Shown here: positions 45,778 to 55,746 of the stretch, in pieces | Numbering within the stretch: the first letter of the stretch is position 1 | How the letters are laid out: each line of letters begins with the position of its first letter | From: Thermoplasmata archaeon | Lineage (GTDB): Archaea; Thermoplasmatota; Thermoplasmata; Lutacidiplasmatales; UBA184 | Direction: 5' to 3' | DNA length: 64,000 nt | NCBI GenBank assembly: GCA_021819135.1 | Contig: JAKASE010000008.1 | Location: 3,243 to 67,242 of the forward strand | Notes under the pieces: model-generated | What the model saw: the letters and a program-made list of their open reading frames with translations, nothing else | The model's database searches: none | What the model was told of the DNA's origin: nothing | Translations under genes and position numbers: made by a program

Positions 45778-46873
45778 GCTGCCGGGCCACCGTCGGGAGC
45801 GCGTAGAGCTCTTCGGCCCTCCGTCGACCCGCCGCGCCGAACCGTCGGGCGAGCGCGGGGTCATCGAGCAGTCGGCGGAGCTTCGCGGCGAGGTCGCTCG
45901 CGATCAGCGGCTCGGCGAGGAGGCCTTCCCGCCCGGGCTCGATCACCTCCCGGACGCCCGGCATGTCGGCGATGACGACCGGGAGCCCGGCGGCCATCGC
46001 CTCGGCGATCACGAGGCCGAACCCTTCGAGCCGGTTCTGCGAGGGGAAGACGAAGATGTCGGCGAGCGCCAGGTACCGCGGTAGGTCCTCGTCGGCGACC
46101 CCGGAGCAGAACCGGACCCGGTCCTCGATCTGCAACCGGCGCGCGTCCCGGATCAGGTTCGATAGACGGGGCCCGGCCCCGACGACCACGAGGGCGACGT
46201 CGGGGGGGAGCTCCCGGAGCGCATCCAGGATCACGTCGACGCCCTTGTGGGGCACGAGCCGCCCGACGAAGATCAGCACCCGCTTGCCCTCGAGCCGGAG
46301 GGTGCGGCGGATCGCCTGCGCGTCGAGCCCCGGGCGGAAGCGGTCGAGGTCGACCGCGGAGGGGATGATCGTAAGCTCGCGCCCCCGGAGCATCGCCGAA
46401 GTGATCCCGTAGCTCTTCGTGTGGACGATGATCCGGTTCATGCGGCGCAAGGTGTGGGGCAGGAAGATTTCCTGGTAGAGGCCGGTGAGGAGGCGCCCCG
46501 TCGCCCCCGCGAGGAAGAGGTCGCAGTGGTAGGTCAGGACCCGGGGGATGTCCCGGCGGCCGAGCGTCCGGGCCACGAAGTACGAAGTGAGCGGGGGCGG
46601 GTAGTGGAGATGGAAGACGTCCGCGTCGAGCGTCCGGGCGATCCGGCCGGAGCCGATGTCGAGCGGGGTGTTCAGCGCGACGCCGAGCGAACGGGCCCGG
46701 AGGATACGGTACCCCTCGAACGACTCCTCCGTCGGGAGGGACCGGGAGTAGCGCGAGGTCAGGACCGTGACGTCGTGGCCCTGGCGGACGAACTCGCGGA
46801 CCAGGCCCCGGACGTGGGACTCGACACCGCCGGCGTGCGGGTGGAAGAACGGGCTGACCTGGACGATGCGCAC
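45740..46873 (-). CDS. Glycosyltransferase family 4 (GT-B fold)
   Basis: N-terminal MRIVQVSPFFHPHAGGVE, and the C-terminal EGFGLVIAEAMAAGLPVV motif. Confidence 0.85.
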   Translation of the reverse strand: MRIVQVSPFFHPHAGGVESHVRGLVREFVRQGHDVTVLTSRYSRSLPTEESFEGYRILRARSLGVALNTPLDIGSGRIARTLDADVFHLHYPPPLTSYFVARTLGRRDIPRVLTYHCDLFLAGATGRLLTGLYQEIFLPHTLRRMNRIIVHTKSYGITSAMLRGRELTIIPSAVDLDRFRPGLDAQAIRRTLRLEGKRVLIFVGRLVPHKGVDVILDALRELPPDVALVVVGAGPRLSNLIRDARRLQIEDRVRFCSGVADEDLPRYLALADIFVFPSQNRLEGFGLVIAEAMAAGLPVVIADMPGVREVIEPGREGLLAEPLIASDLAAKLRRLLDDPALARRFGAAGRRRAEELYALPTVARQLIRVYEDLRAAG

Positions 46874-46943
46874 GGCGCGGGGGGGGAGCGAAGGCGCGGC
46901 TTTCAGGCCATCGTTCGACCGCCGGGTACCGGGACCGGGCCCT

Positions 46944-47891
46944 TCACGCCTCGGAGGAGCCGCGCCGGCGGTCGGGGGTGCGGATCGGGACCGACTCGCG
47001 GACCTGCATCATCTGCTCCGGTGGCAGGGAGGAGATCTCGACACCCCGCATCGCCTCGCCGAGCCCGGACGACACCCGGGCCAGGACGTCGGGCTGGTCG
47101 TAGTGGAGCGACGCCTCGACGATCGCGCGGGCGACCTTCATCGGATGCTCCGCCTTGAAGATCCCGCTGCCGACGAAGAGGCCGTCCACGCCGAGCGTCC
47201 GGACCAGGGCGGCATCCGCCGGGGTCGCGATGCCCCCCGCCGCGAAGTTCACGACGGGCAGCCGACCGAGCGACCGGACCTCGAGCAGGACCCCCTCGGA
47301 GACCCGCTCCTTCTTGGCCCAGGCGGCGAGATCCCTCTTCGGGAGCTTCCGCACCTCCTCGACCTCCCGGTTGACCTGACGGATGTGGCGTACCGCCTCG
47401 ACGACGTTGCCGGTGCCGGCCTCGCCCTTCGTGCGGATCATCGCCGCTCCCTCGTCGATGCGCCGGAGCGCCTCGCCGAGATTGCGCGCGCCGCAGACGA
47501 ACGGGATCTTGAACTGCTTCTTGTCGACGTGCTCGAACGGATCGGCGGGGGTCAGCACCTCGGACTCGTCGATCATATCGACCGCGAGGGCCTCCAGGAT
47601 CCGGGCCTCGGCGGTGTGCCCGATGCGACACTTCGCCATCACCGGGATCGAGACCCGGTCCCGGATCTCGCGGATCTTCACAGGGTCCGCCATGCGCGCG
47701 ACCCCCCCGGCGGCCCGGATGTCCGCCGGTACCCGCTCCAGGGCCATCACCGCGACGGCCCCGGCCTCCTCCGCGATCGCGGCCTGGTCCGCGGTCGTGA
47801 CGTCCATGATCACGCCGCCCTGCTGCATCCGCGCGAACCCGCGCTTGACGAGCTCCGTACCGAACCGGAGCTTCTCCATCATGTCCGCCAT
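46944..47891 (-). CDS. pdxS: Pyridoxal 5'-phosphate synthase, lyase subunit PdxS
   Basis: [43 protein letters not shown] and later motifs. ATG at 47889-47891. Confidence 0.95.
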   Translation of the reverse strand: MADMMEKLRFGTELVKRGFARMQQGGVIMDVTTADQAAIAEEAGAVAVMALERVPADIRAAGGVARMADPVKIREIRDRVSIPVMAKCRIGHTAEARILEALAVDMIDESEVLTPADPFEHVDKKQFKIPFVCGARNLGEALRRIDEGAAMIRTKGEAGTGNVVEAVRHIRQVNREVEEVRKLPKRDLAAWAKKERVSEGVLLEVRSLGRLPVVNFAAGGIATPADAALVRTLGVDGLFVGSGIFKAEHPMKVARAIVEASLHYDQPDVLARVSSGLGEAMRGVEISSLPPEQMMQVRESVPIRTPDRRRGSSEA

Positions 47892-47929
47892 GGGGGAACC
47901 GCCACGAGGAGACGCCGGTTCCGTATATA

Positions 47930-47939
47930 CGCGGCGGTC
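47930..47939. promoter_or_regulatory. Palindromic TATA-like element (CGTATATACG) in the pdxS/riboswitch divergent region
   Basis: A perfect 10-bp palindrome containing TATATA, about 40 nt upstream of the pdxS ATG. A second TATA-like TTAATC (about 47990-47995) lies about 25 nt before the riboswitch. Confidence 0.4.
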
Positions 47940-48015
47940 GCCGGGAGGGACCGCCCCGCTCCGCGGCAGCCGGACGGCCGGCCGCAACCGTTAATCGGGA
48001 GGGCTGGATGGCGCC

Positions 48016-48118
48016 GGTGCAGGGGGAGCTGGGTACCGGCTGAGAGGACGGGGGCGTACCCCGTCGACCCCACGAACCTGCACGGGGCAATGCCCGCGAA
48101 GGGAACGCGATGTGGCAC
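48016..48118 (+). promoter_or_regulatory. TPP (thiamine pyrophosphate, THI-box) riboswitch
   Basis: All core elements are present.
- P2: GGGG (48022-25) pairs with CCCC (48068-71).
- P3: AGCUGG-GUA-CCGGCU (48027-41).
- CUGAGA at 48040-45.
- An inserted hairpin ACGGGG-GCGUA-CCCCGU (48048-64).
- ACCC.ACGAACCUG.
- P5: CGGG-GCAAUG-CCCG (48083-96).
- GCGAAGGGA (48096-104).
- A possible P1, GUGC/GCAC, overlaps the GTG at 48112. Confidence 0.85.
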
Positions 48119-49317
48119 GTGAGTCAACTCTCGACCGGTCCTCCGTCGGGATGATCGGTTCTCCCGGGACGCCGCCCGGGCCCCGCCGCCTGCGTCGGCC
48201 CGGCGAGCTCGGCCGTCTCCTCAAGGTCGGCGCCGTGGCCCTGGTGGTCGTGGTCGCGAGCGTCGGGCTCGCGGAGTACCTGAGCTCGGGCCTCGGCGAG
48301 CCGACCCTCGTGATCTACACCTACTCGAGCCTGTTCGGAGGACCGGGGACCGCGAACTACTCCTACGTCTTCGACACGTTCGCGAGCGCCCACCATGTCC
48401 ACATCGACGTCGAGTTCCCGACCGGGACGCTCGTGAGCACCCTCGCGCAGCAGGCGAACGCCGAGGCGGCGGACCTCGTGATCGGGCTGGACGAGATCAC
48501 CGGTCCCCAAGCGGATGCGCTCGGGCTCCTCCAGCCGTACACCCCGCCGGGTCTCGCGAACGTCTCCCCGGGGCTCATCGCGCAGCTCAGCCCGGACCAC
48601 GCGGTCACGCCGTACGAGTGGGGGTACCTCGCGATCGACTACAACGCGTCGTTCGCTGCCGCGACCCGCGGAGCGATCGCCCACGCGACGCTTCCCGAGC
48701 TCGCGGCCAACGCGAGCTGGGCGTCCCAGTTCCTCTACGAGGATCCGGCGCTCGACATCACGGGCGAGGAGTTCCTCGTCTGGCAGATCGAGTACTACGA
48801 GCACGTCCTCGGACAGAACTGGACCGGGTTCTGGAGCTCCCTCATGCCCGATCTCCACTACAAACCCGCCCCGGACTGGGGGACGGCGTTCGGCGAGTTC
48901 ACGAGCCCCCCTCCGAGCCCCGCGCTGGTCGTGAGCTACTCGACGGACCCGGCGTACGCGGCGTACTACGGGCAGGGCGGGCAGTTCAACTCGACCGTCA
49001 GCTGGTGGAACGGGACCGCGTACGGCTGGCGGACGATCTACGGCGTCGGGATCGTCGCCGGCAGCCACCACCTCTCGCTCGATGAGGAGTTCGTGAACTG
49101 GATGCTCAGCGGGTCGGTCCAGTCCGAGATCCCCCTCAATGAGTGGGAGTACCCCGCGAACGGGACCGTACCGATCCCGTCGGTCTACTCGGCGGCGCTC
49201 GACCCGGCCGGGATCACCCCCCTGAACGGGCTCACCACCCCTTCCGGGGTCACGGCCTCGCTTCCGGGGTGGATCACCACCTACCAGGAGCTCGCCGACC
49301 GCCTGATCCCGCCATGA
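48112..49317 (+). CDS. ABC transporter substrate-binding protein (thiamine/ThiB-like)
   Basis: N-terminal anchor (LKVGAVALVVVVASVG), followed by LVIYTYSS...; the size and composition fit a cluster-D type SBP. It lies downstream of the TPP riboswitch. The start may instead be the ATG at 48151. Confidence 0.8.
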   Translation: MARESTLDRSSVGMIGSPGTPPGPRRLRRPGELGRLLKVGAVALVVVVASVGLAEYLSSGLGEPTLVIYTYSSLFGGPGTANYSYVFDTFASAHHVHIDVEFPTGTLVSTLAQQANAEAADLVIGLDEITGPQADALGLLQPYTPPGLANVSPGLIAQLSPDHAVTPYEWGYLAIDYNASFAAATRGAIAHATLPELAANASWASQFLYEDPALDITGEEFLVWQIEYYEHVLGQNWTGFWSSLMPDLHYKPAPDWGTAFGEFTSPPPSPALVVSYSTDPAYAAYYGQGGQFNSTVSWWNGTAYGWRTIYGVGIVAGSHHLSLDEEFVNWMLSGSVQSEIPLNEWEYPANGTVPIPSVYSAALDPAGITPLNGLTTPSGVTASLPGWITTYQELADRLIPP

Positions 49318-50930
49318 GACCCGGCCGGGATGCGCTCGCCGTAGGGCCCGCGATCGCCTTCATCGTCCTCTTCTCGCTGGTCCCGGTCGCCCTCCTGTTC
49401 GCGACGTCGCTCGCCGACAGCGGCGGGCTCCCGGGGTTCTATGCCGCGGTCGGCTCGCCCCTCAACGCCCGGTCGATCGGGAACTCGCTGGTCCAGGGCG
49501 GCCTCTCCGCGTCGATCGCGGTGGCGGTCGGCTACCCGGTCGGCGTGTTCTTCGGCCGGTACGACTGGCCCGGTCGGTCCGTCCTTCGTTCGTTCCTCCT
49601 CGTCCCGTTCCTCCTGCCGAGCCTCGTGGTCGTCTTCGGGATCCTCGACCTGTTCGGTCCCTCGGGGCTCGTGAGCAGCACGGTGCCGGCACTCTCATTC
49701 CTCGGGGGCGGCCTCCCGGGGATCATCGCCGCGAACCTGGTCTTCAACGTTCCGGTCGTGGTACTGTTCACCGCGACCGGCAGCGAGAGCGCCTCGCCCG
49801 AGCTCGAGGAGACGGTGGCCACGCTCGGGGGCTCTCCCCGCCGAGCCTACCGGGACGTCTGGGGGCCTCCCACGCTCGTCGGGGCGAGCGTGGGGGGGCT
49901 CTTGACGTTCCTGTTCTCCGCGCTCTCGTTCGCCCCGCCGCTCCTGCTCTGCGGGCCGCGGTGTTACACGGCCGAGGCGCAGGTCTGGTCCCTCGACCAG
50001 AACCTCCTGCAGCCGGCCGTGGCCGGGGACCTCGCCCTCGCGATGGTCCTCCTGTTCCTGGGGCCGACGATCCTGTACCTCCTGCTCGTCCGCCGGTTGC
50101 GGGCGACCCCGGGTCAGCGGAGCTACCGAGCGCGCCCGATCGGGCACCGCCCGGTCGCTCTCGCGCTCGGGGTCCTCAGCGCCCTCGTGCTGGTCGCGGA
50201 GTTCGGCGTGATGGCCGCGGTCCTCGTCCGGACGGCCGTGCCGGTCGGGTCGGGGGGCTTCGGATCCGCGTGGGCGGCCCTCTTCTCGGCCCGCACGACC
50301 GCCCAGATCGGGGTCTCGGCGGGAGGGATGGCGGCGAACACCCTCCTCTTCGCGGTGGGGGCCACCGCGATCGCGGTCCTGCTCGGGATCGTGCTCGGGT
50401 ACGCCGTCGTCGGACGGCCCGGGCGAGCCTACGGCCTCGGCCTCGTCCTGTTCCTCCCGTTGCTCATCTCTCCCGTCCTGCTCGCCTTCTCGCTCGCCTC
50501 CTCCTGGCGTCCGCTCCTCGGCGGGGAACCGAACGTCTGGATCCTCGTGATCGTGAGCCAGGCGATCCTCGCGATGCCGTTCGCGCTCCAGAGCCTGCAG
50601 ATCCCGCTCTCCGGGCTCTCCCGGGGCCCGAGGGAGGCCGCCCAGACGCTGGGCGCCTCCCCGTGGCAGGCGTTCCTCGAGACGGATCTCCCGCGCGTGC
50701 GGAACGGGGTCGCGACCGCCGGGCTATTCGCGTTCGCCCTCGGGCTCGGCGAGTTCACCGCCACCTATTTTCTCGTGACCCCCCGCTACGCCACCCTGAC
50801 GGTCGCCCTCGCCCGGCTGCCCGACGTGCGGGGGTACGCGGTGGCCGACGCGGCCGCCGGGCTCCTCCTGCTCCTCAGCCTCGCCGTGTTCGCCGCGCTC
50901 GCATTCGGAGGCCGACGTGTCGAGCTCTGA
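49314..50930 (+). CDS. ABC transporter permease, duplicated (ThiP-like, 12 TM)
   Basis: There are two permease halves, each with an EAA-like loop (EETVATLGGSPRRAYRDV and EAAQTLGASPWQAFLETDLP). The ATG overlaps the SBP stop (ATGA). Confidence 0.85.
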   Translation: MRPGRDALAVGPAIAFIVLFSLVPVALLFATSLADSGGLPGFYAAVGSPLNARSIGNSLVQGGLSASIAVAVGYPVGVFFGRYDWPGRSVLRSFLLVPFLLPSLVVVFGILDLFGPSGLVSSTVPALSFLGGGLPGIIAANLVFNVPVVVLFTATGSESASPELEETVATLGGSPRRAYRDVWGPPTLVGASVGGLLTFLFSALSFAPPLLLCGPRCYTAEAQVWSLDQNLLQPAVAGDLALAMVLLFLGPTILYLLLVRRLRATPGQRSYRARPIGHRPVALALGVLSALVLVAEFGVMAAVLVRTAVPVGSGGFGSAWAALFSARTTAQIGVSAGGMAANTLLFAVGATAIAVLLGIVLGYAVVGRPGRAYGLGLVLFLPLLISPVLLAFSLASSWRPLLGGEPNVWILVIVSQAILAMPFALQSLQIPLSGLSRGPREAAQTLGASPWQAFLETDLPRVRNGVATAGLFAFALGLGEFTATYFLVTPRYATLTVALARLPDVRGYAVADAAAGLLLLLSLAVFAALAFGGRRVEL

Positions 50931-51891
50931 CCCCTGGCTCGAGGTCCGGGGCCTCTCGGCGGCGTGGGAGCGGACCCCCGTGCTGCGGTCGGTCTCCTTC
51001 TCCCTCGCGGCGGGGGAGTTCCTGGTCCTCCTCGGACCGAACGGCAGCGGGAAGACGACGCTCCTGCGCTGCCTCGCCGGTCTCGAGCGTCCCACCGCCG
51101 GATCGATCCGGCTCGGCGGGGAGGAGATCACGGACCGCCCGACCTTCCGGCGCGGGATCGGGCTCATGTTCCAGGATCCGGCGCTCTTCGTGAACCGCTC
51201 CGTCTACGAGAACATCGCCTACGCGCCGCTCCTCCAGCGCCGCCCCCGGGCGGAGGTGGCGGAGGAGGTCGGCTCGCTCATCGATCTCCTGCGGCTCTCC
51301 GGCTTCGAGGACCGCCGACCGGACCAGCTCTCGGGGGGCGAGCGCCAGCGCGTCGCCCTCGCCCGGTCCCTCGCCGCGCGCCCCCGCCTGGTCCTTCTCG
51401 ACGAGCCGTTCGCCTCGATCGATGTCGAGGTCAAGGCCGAGCTGCATGCCGAGTTCCGACGGGCGCTGAGGGCCCGGGGGGCCGCGGTGATCCACGTGAC
51501 CCACGACCGGGAGGAAGGGATGTTCCTCGGGGACCGCGTCGGCCTGTTGTTCGACGGCTCGCTCGAGACCGTGGGGCCGCCGCGATCGGTCTACGCGAAC
51601 CCCGGAACGGAACGGGCTGCGCGGTTCCTTGGCTACAACGTCTTCCCGAGCCCGTCCGGACCGGTGGCCGTCCACCCGACGGAGCTCCGCTGGGGCCCCT
51701 TCGAGGGCCCGGGAACGGTGGCGACCGTGCTCTCCGTCGGGGCGAGCGGCCGCGAGAACCGCATCGTGGCCCGGAGGGAGGACGGGAGCCAGGCCGAGCT
51801 CCTCCGCCCCGGGGGCGAGGCCGTGCCGGCCCCCGGCGTTCGGGTACGCCTCCTCTGGGACGCATCGGTCGCGCTCACCGGCCCGGCGTGA
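50917..51891 (+). CDS. ABC transporter ATP-binding protein with a C-terminal regulatory domain
   Basis: Walker A (GPNGSGKTT), signature (LSGGERQRVALAR), Walker B (LVLLDEPF) and the H-loop (HVTHD). Confidence 0.9.
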   Translation: MSSSDPWLEVRGLSAAWERTPVLRSVSFSLAAGEFLVLLGPNGSGKTTLLRCLAGLERPTAGSIRLGGEEITDRPTFRRGIGLMFQDPALFVNRSVYENIAYAPLLQRRPRAEVAEEVGSLIDLLRLSGFEDRRPDQLSGGERQRVALARSLAARPRLVLLDEPFASIDVEVKAELHAEFRRALRARGAAVIHVTHDREEGMFLGDRVGLLFDGSLETVGPPRSVYANPGTERAARFLGYNVFPSPSGPVAVHPTELRWGPFEGPGTVATVLSVGASGRENRIVARREDGSQAELLRPGGEAVPAPGVRVRLLWDASVALTGPA

Positions 51892-51972
51892 GCGGGTTCC
51901 CCAAAGGGTGGGCCGCGGGGCTTCCGCCCGACCTCCCACAACCGCCAAGAGCGCGGCCCGCCTCCTCGGGCA

Positions 51973-54657
51973 ATGACCGTTCCCGACCCCCTCCACGTCA
52001 CGGAGTCCGTTCGTCTGGGAGATGAGACCGCCACGATTTACCGCGCCGAACGGGTGAAGGGGGTCGACCCGGCCCGGTTCGCCCGGCGTCCGAGGACAGT
52101 GCGGGTCCTGCTCGAGAACATCGTGCGCCACTTCGATCCGAAGAAGACAGAGCGGGCGAGCATCGTGGCGCTCGCGAACGGCGAGCGGGTGCCCCCATCC
52201 GCCGAGTTCGCCTACTACCCGGAGCGGGTGCTCCTGCAGGACTTCACCGGCGTGCCCGTCGTGGTCGACCTATCGACCCTGCGGAGCGCGGCGGCCGGTC
52301 GGGGCGTCGCCGCCGACCGGATCAATCCGGTCGTCCCGGTCGATCTGGTCATCGATCACTCCGTCCAGGTCGACAGCTACGGGACCGCGCGTTCGCTCTT
52401 GCTGAACCTCGACCGCGAGTACGAACGCAACCACGAGCGGTATCGGTTCCTCCGGTGGGCGAAGGGGGCGTACCGGGGGTTCCGCATCGTGCCCCCGGGG
52501 AACGGCATCTGCCATCAGATCAACCTCGAGTACCTCGCGAGCGTGGTGCAATCCCGCGTGGTCGACGGGACGAACGTCGCGTATCCCGACACCGTGATCG
52601 GCACGGACTCCCACACCACGATGGTGAACGGTACCTCGGTCCTCGGCTGGGGGGTCGGGGGCATCGAGGCGGAGGCGGTGATGCTCGGGGAGCCGTACTT
52701 CCTGTCGGCCCCCGAGGTCGTGGGCGTCGAGCTCACCGGCTCGCTCCCCGAGGGGGCGACCGCGACCGACCTCGTCCTGACCGTCGTTCGGACCCTTCGC
52801 GAGAAGGGCGTCGTCGACAAGTTCGTCGAGTTCTACGGGCCGGGCGTCGCACCGCTCTCGGTCCCCGACCGGGCGACCGTCTCGAACATGTGCCCGGAGT
52901 ACGGCGCGACCGCGGCGCTCTTCCCGATCGACGAGGCGACCATCGCCTACCTCAAGGGGACCGGCCGTCCGTCGGGTCTGGTCGCGCGGGTCGAGGCGTA
53001 CGCCCGGGCCCAGGGCCTCTGGGGGTCCCCCGAACCGGGTTCGATCGACTACGCCTCCACGCTCACGATCGATCTCGGAAAGGTCGTCCCCAGCGTCTCG
53101 GGGCCCCGGAACCCCGAGGAGAGCGTCGCGCTCCCGAAGGTGCCGGAGTCGTTCGGCCGCGCGCTCGAGACGTACCGCAGCGCCCATGCGTCCCCGTCCG
53201 ACGGGCACGGGGAGGCCGTGGAGCCTCCCGTGGCCGACGGCTCGGTCGTCATCGCCGCGATCACGAGCTGCACGAACACCTCGAATCCCTCGGTGATGAT
53301 CGGCGCCGGGCTCATCGCGAAGCGGGCGGTCGAGCTCGGGCTCACCGTCCCGCCCCACGTCAAGACCTCCCTCGCCCCGGGCTCGAAGGTCGTCACCTCC
53401 TACCTCGAGCGGGCGGCGCTCCTCCCCTACCTCGACCGGTTGGGGTTCGAGGTCGTCGGGTACGGGTGCACCACCTGCATCGGGAACTCCGGACCGCTCC
53501 CGCCGGCGATCGACCGCCAGGTCCGAGAGCGGGACCTCTTTGTCGCCGCCGTCCTGAGCGGCAACCGCAACTTCGAGGCCCGCATCCACAACCTCGTCCG
53601 GGCGAACTACCTCGCCTCCCCGATGCTCGTCGTGGCCTACGCGCTCGCGGGCCGGATGGACCTCGATCTCGCGCACGACCCCATCGGTCGCAGCAAGACG
53701 GGCCAGCCCGTGCGGCTGAAGGACCTGTGGCCCACCTCCGAGGAGGTCCGGCGCCTGGTCGAGGCCAGCCTCGAGCCCCGCCTGTTCACGGAGAAGTATC
53801 GTTCGATCGAGACCGGCGATCCCCACTGGGAGTCGCTCGACACCCCGTCGGGGGAACGGTATCCCTGGGCGAAGGACTCCACCTACCTCGCCGAGGCGCC
53901 GTACCTCTCGCTGCCCGCACCGTGGCTGCCCCAGAAGGGGGTGCTCGTGAAGGGCGCCCGCGCGCTGGCGCTCCTCCCCGACAAGGTCTCGACCGACCAC
54001 ATCTCCCCGGCGGGTGAGATCCCCGAGGATTCGCCGGCCGGCCGGTACCTCAAGGACCACGGCGTACCGACGTCCGAGTTCAACACCTACGGCGCCCGAC
54101 GGGGCCACCACGAGGTGATGATCCGGGGGACCTTCGCGAACGTGCGACTGAAGAACCAGCTCGCCGCCCCCAAGGAGGGGGGGTACACCCGCCACCTGCC
54201 CACGGGGCAGGTGACGACGATCTTCGAGGCCTCCGAACGGTACCGGAAGAGCGCGACGCCCCTCATCGTCCTCGCGGGGAAGAACTACGGGCAGGGGAGC
54301 TCGCGCGACTGGGCCGCCAAGGGACCCCGATTGCTCGGGGTCGGCGCGGTCATCGCCGAGAGCTACGAGCGCATTCACCGCTCGAACCTCGTCCAGATGG
54401 GGGTCCTCCCCCTGCAGTTCCGGGACGGCGCCGGCTGGAGGTCGCTTGGGCTCACGGGCGAGGAGTCGTTCGAGCTCTCCCTCGCCTCGGGCACCGCGCT
54501 CACGCCCGGCGGAACGATCTCGGTCTCGGCGACCCGTGCGGACGGAACGACCGTCCGGTTCGATACCACCGGCCGACTCCAGTCGGCGACCGAGGTCGAG
54601 TACTATCGCGCCGGAGGCGTGCTGCCCTACGTCATGGAGCACCGGTTCGCCCGGTAG
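51973..54657 (+). CDS. acnA: Aconitate hydratase A
   Basis: 894 aa. Motifs: VVIDHSVQVD, NGICHQINLEYL, DSHTTM, SCTNTSNP, GCTTCIGNSG and GQGSSRDWAAKG. Confidence 0.95.
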   Translation: MTVPDPLHVTESVRLGDETATIYRAERVKGVDPARFARRPRTVRVLLENIVRHFDPKKTERASIVALANGERVPPSAEFAYYPERVLLQDFTGVPVVVDLSTLRSAAAGRGVAADRINPVVPVDLVIDHSVQVDSYGTARSLLLNLDREYERNHERYRFLRWAKGAYRGFRIVPPGNGICHQINLEYLASVVQSRVVDGTNVAYPDTVIGTDSHTTMVNGTSVLGWGVGGIEAEAVMLGEPYFLSAPEVVGVELTGSLPEGATATDLVLTVVRTLREKGVVDKFVEFYGPGVAPLSVPDRATVSNMCPEYGATAALFPIDEATIAYLKGTGRPSGLVARVEAYARAQGLWGSPEPGSIDYASTLTIDLGKVVPSVSGPRNPEESVALPKVPESFGRALETYRSAHASPSDGHGEAVEPPVADGSVVIAAITSCTNTSNPSVMIGAGLIAKRAVELGLTVPPHVKTSLAPGSKVVTSYLERAALLPYLDRLGFEVVGYGCTTCIGNSGPLPPAIDRQVRERDLFVAAVLSGNRNFEARIHNLVRANYLASPMLVVAYALAGRMDLDLAHDPIGRSKTGQPVRLKDLWPTSEEVRRLVEASLEPRLFTEKYRSIETGDPHWESLDTPSGERYPWAKDSTYLAEAPYLSLPAPWLPQKGVLVKGARALALLPDKVSTDHISPAGEIPEDSPAGRYLKDHGVPTSEFNTYGARRGHHEVMIRGTFANVRLKNQLAAPKEGGYTRHLPTGQVTTIFEASERYRKSATPLIVLAGKNYGQGSSRDWAAKGPRLLGVGAVIAESYERIHRSNLVQMGVLPLQFRDGAGWRSLGLTGEESFELSLASGTALTPGGTISVSATRADGTTVRFDTTGRLQSATEVEYYRAGGVLPYVMEHRFAR

Positions 54658-54681
54658 GGGCGGCTCCGAGGTCCTCGCCCG

Positions 54682-55479
54682 TCAGGGGGCAGCTCCACCG
54701 GCCACGGACGGGGAGCGCTCCCAGCGGACCAGCGCCTCCACTCGACGGTAGGTCACGGTCCGATCGCCGAACTCGGCGCGGGCCTGCGCGATCGCCCGGG
54801 CCAGCACATCTTCCGGGACGTGGAGCGTCCAGCGGCTTCCGCGCCGCTCCAGGGCATGCAGATCGTCCGTCAACCGCTCGGTGACCTCCTCGTCGTCGAC
54901 CACTTCCAGGTGATCGGGGGGATACTGCTCCAGGAGGTGTCGGTCGCGGATGCGGGGTCCTCCTGCGTGCGGCGGGACCGGGACCCCTTCGGCGCGAAGG
55001 AGTTCGTAGACGCGCTGTCGGGGATTCCCCCGGAGGTCCTCGAACCGCTCCCCACCTGTGGCCGTGGGGGGTTCGACGAGCGCGATGGCGCCCCCTCGCG
55101 AGACCCGGCAGGCCTCCCGAAGCGCCCGCGGTGGATCGTCGAGGAGGTGGAGGACGTGTGCGAAGAGGACGGCGTCGAAGGCCCGGGCCCGGAACGGAAG
55201 GCGGTGCGCGTCTCCCCGCACGAGACGGTCGAGAGACTTTTCCCGCGCCTTGTGCAACATGCCGCGGGAGGCGTCGATCCCGGTGACCTCGAGACCGGCG
55301 GCTCGGAGCGGCAGGCTCACCCTCCCGGTCCCCACGCCGGCCTCGAGTATGGTTCGGACCCCCCACTTGTCGAGGAGGGTCGCGATCCGGCCGATCGTGG
55401 AGGGACGGATCGGATCCCTCGTCTCGTCGAACACCCGGGAGATCTCGTCAAAGGCGTCGATGGTCCCCCGCAGCGACAT
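54682..55479 (-). CDS. Class I SAM-dependent methyltransferase
   Basis: Motif I (ILEAGVGTGRVSLPL), GIDASRGML and VLFAHVLHLL. ATG at 55477-55479. Confidence 0.8.
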   Translation of the reverse strand: MSLRGTIDAFDEISRVFDETRDPIRPSTIGRIATLLDKWGVRTILEAGVGTGRVSLPLRAAGLEVTGIDASRGMLHKAREKSLDRLVRGDAHRLPFRARAFDAVLFAHVLHLLDDPPRALREACRVSRGGAIALVEPPTATGGERFEDLRGNPRQRVYELLRAEGVPVPPHAGGPRIRDRHLLEQYPPDHLEVVDDEEVTERLTDDLHALERRGSRWTLHVPEDVLARAIAQARAEFGDRTVTYRRVEALVRWERSPSVAGGAAP

Positions 55480-55746
55480 CGTACCCCGCCGACCTCTCGG
55501 CCCTACTTTGGCTGATTGGAGCGCATGCCTCCCTAACACGGAGGCCGGGGGGGCGCGCCGTACCGTAAATCGCTCGCCACCTTGGTAGGCCCCACCTGGT
55601 CGGAGAATGAAGTGACCCAACGCCCCGCGCGCAGGATTGAGCCCCGAACCCCGGATCGAAGACCGCCCAAGCCGCCGGGCTTCGCAGGAGACCCCCCGAC
55701 GACGACCTTTGCCGCTCGGGCCCGTGGGGCCGCACGCTCACCGGTC

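Noticed and set aside
52270-54642. 790-aa minus-strand ORF.
   Set aside because: It is the antisense shadow of the aconitase gene. The composition is low-complexity Arg/Gly/Asp/Pro, and no motifs are present.
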